Virus record (IMG/VR): IMGVR_UViG_3300021197_000748
Location: 1-57,038 of that record
Direction: 5' to 3' (one strand)
Length of the DNA stretch: 57,038 nt
Source of the DNA: a virus
Taxonomy: Duplodnaviria; Caudoviricetes
Under the pieces are notes generated by a model that had not been told where the DNA came from, searched no databases, and saw only the letters and a program-made list of their open reading frames with translations. This document shows, one piece after another, positions 56,910-57,038 of the stretch (within the stretch, counting starts at the first letter, position 1; every line of letters starts with the position of its first letter). A program made the position numbers and the translations under genes.

Positions 56910-57038
56910 TTAGCTCCATGCGTTAGGATCCTCATCGCCGGGATCGTGGCCGGAAGGTGTGAGTGTAACTGAGCGGTTAAGCTCGGCCAGCTGCTCACGG
57001 ATCCGCTCGAGTAGCGCAGCACAGTGCTCGCTGATAGG
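56910..57038 (-). CDS. 3' end of a hypothetical gene (partial)
   Basis: Open frame ...PISEHCAALLERIREQLAELNRSVTLTPSGHDPGDEDPNAWS* ending just before the next start. Confidence 0.5.
   Translation of the reverse strand, partial: PISEHCAALLERIREQLAELNRSVTLTPSGHDPGDEDPNAWS

Noticed and set aside
1-57038. CRISPR array, tRNA, DGR, integrase, intron or intein
   Set aside because: No regularly spaced repeats, cloverleaf, reverse transcriptase or recombinase motifs seen, and core enzymes are of uninterrupted size. Visual inspection only.

Overview
The window is most of the genome of a T7-like podovirus (Autographiviridae-like), with all credible genes on the minus strand. Read from right to left it holds: small early genes, including a stand-alone translation initiation factor IF3 C-domain; single-subunit RNA polymerase; a replication and nucleotide module (metallophosphoesterase, SSB, RusA resolvase, primase-helicase, PolA, dNMP kinase, exonuclease, dUTPase, class II RNR); head and tail genes (portal, scaffold, capsid, tubular A/B); a gp17-type fibre with an S74 chaperone; about 18 kb of further large receptor-binding or depolymerase-like genes built from shared modules and standardised hairpin+RBS cassettes; an atypical lysis region (signal-peptide ClpP-fold peptidase plus holin-like genes, no recognisable endolysin); small basic proteins; terminase; and, displaced to after terminase, three internal-virion-like genes, the last running off the left edge. 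The best leads are the modular RBP array, the exported ClpP-like peptidase beside the holin, the IF3-C gene, two strongly structured intergenic regions and a Cys-rich mini-protein missing from the ORF track. All calls come from motif recognition by eye; no searches or folding programs were run.
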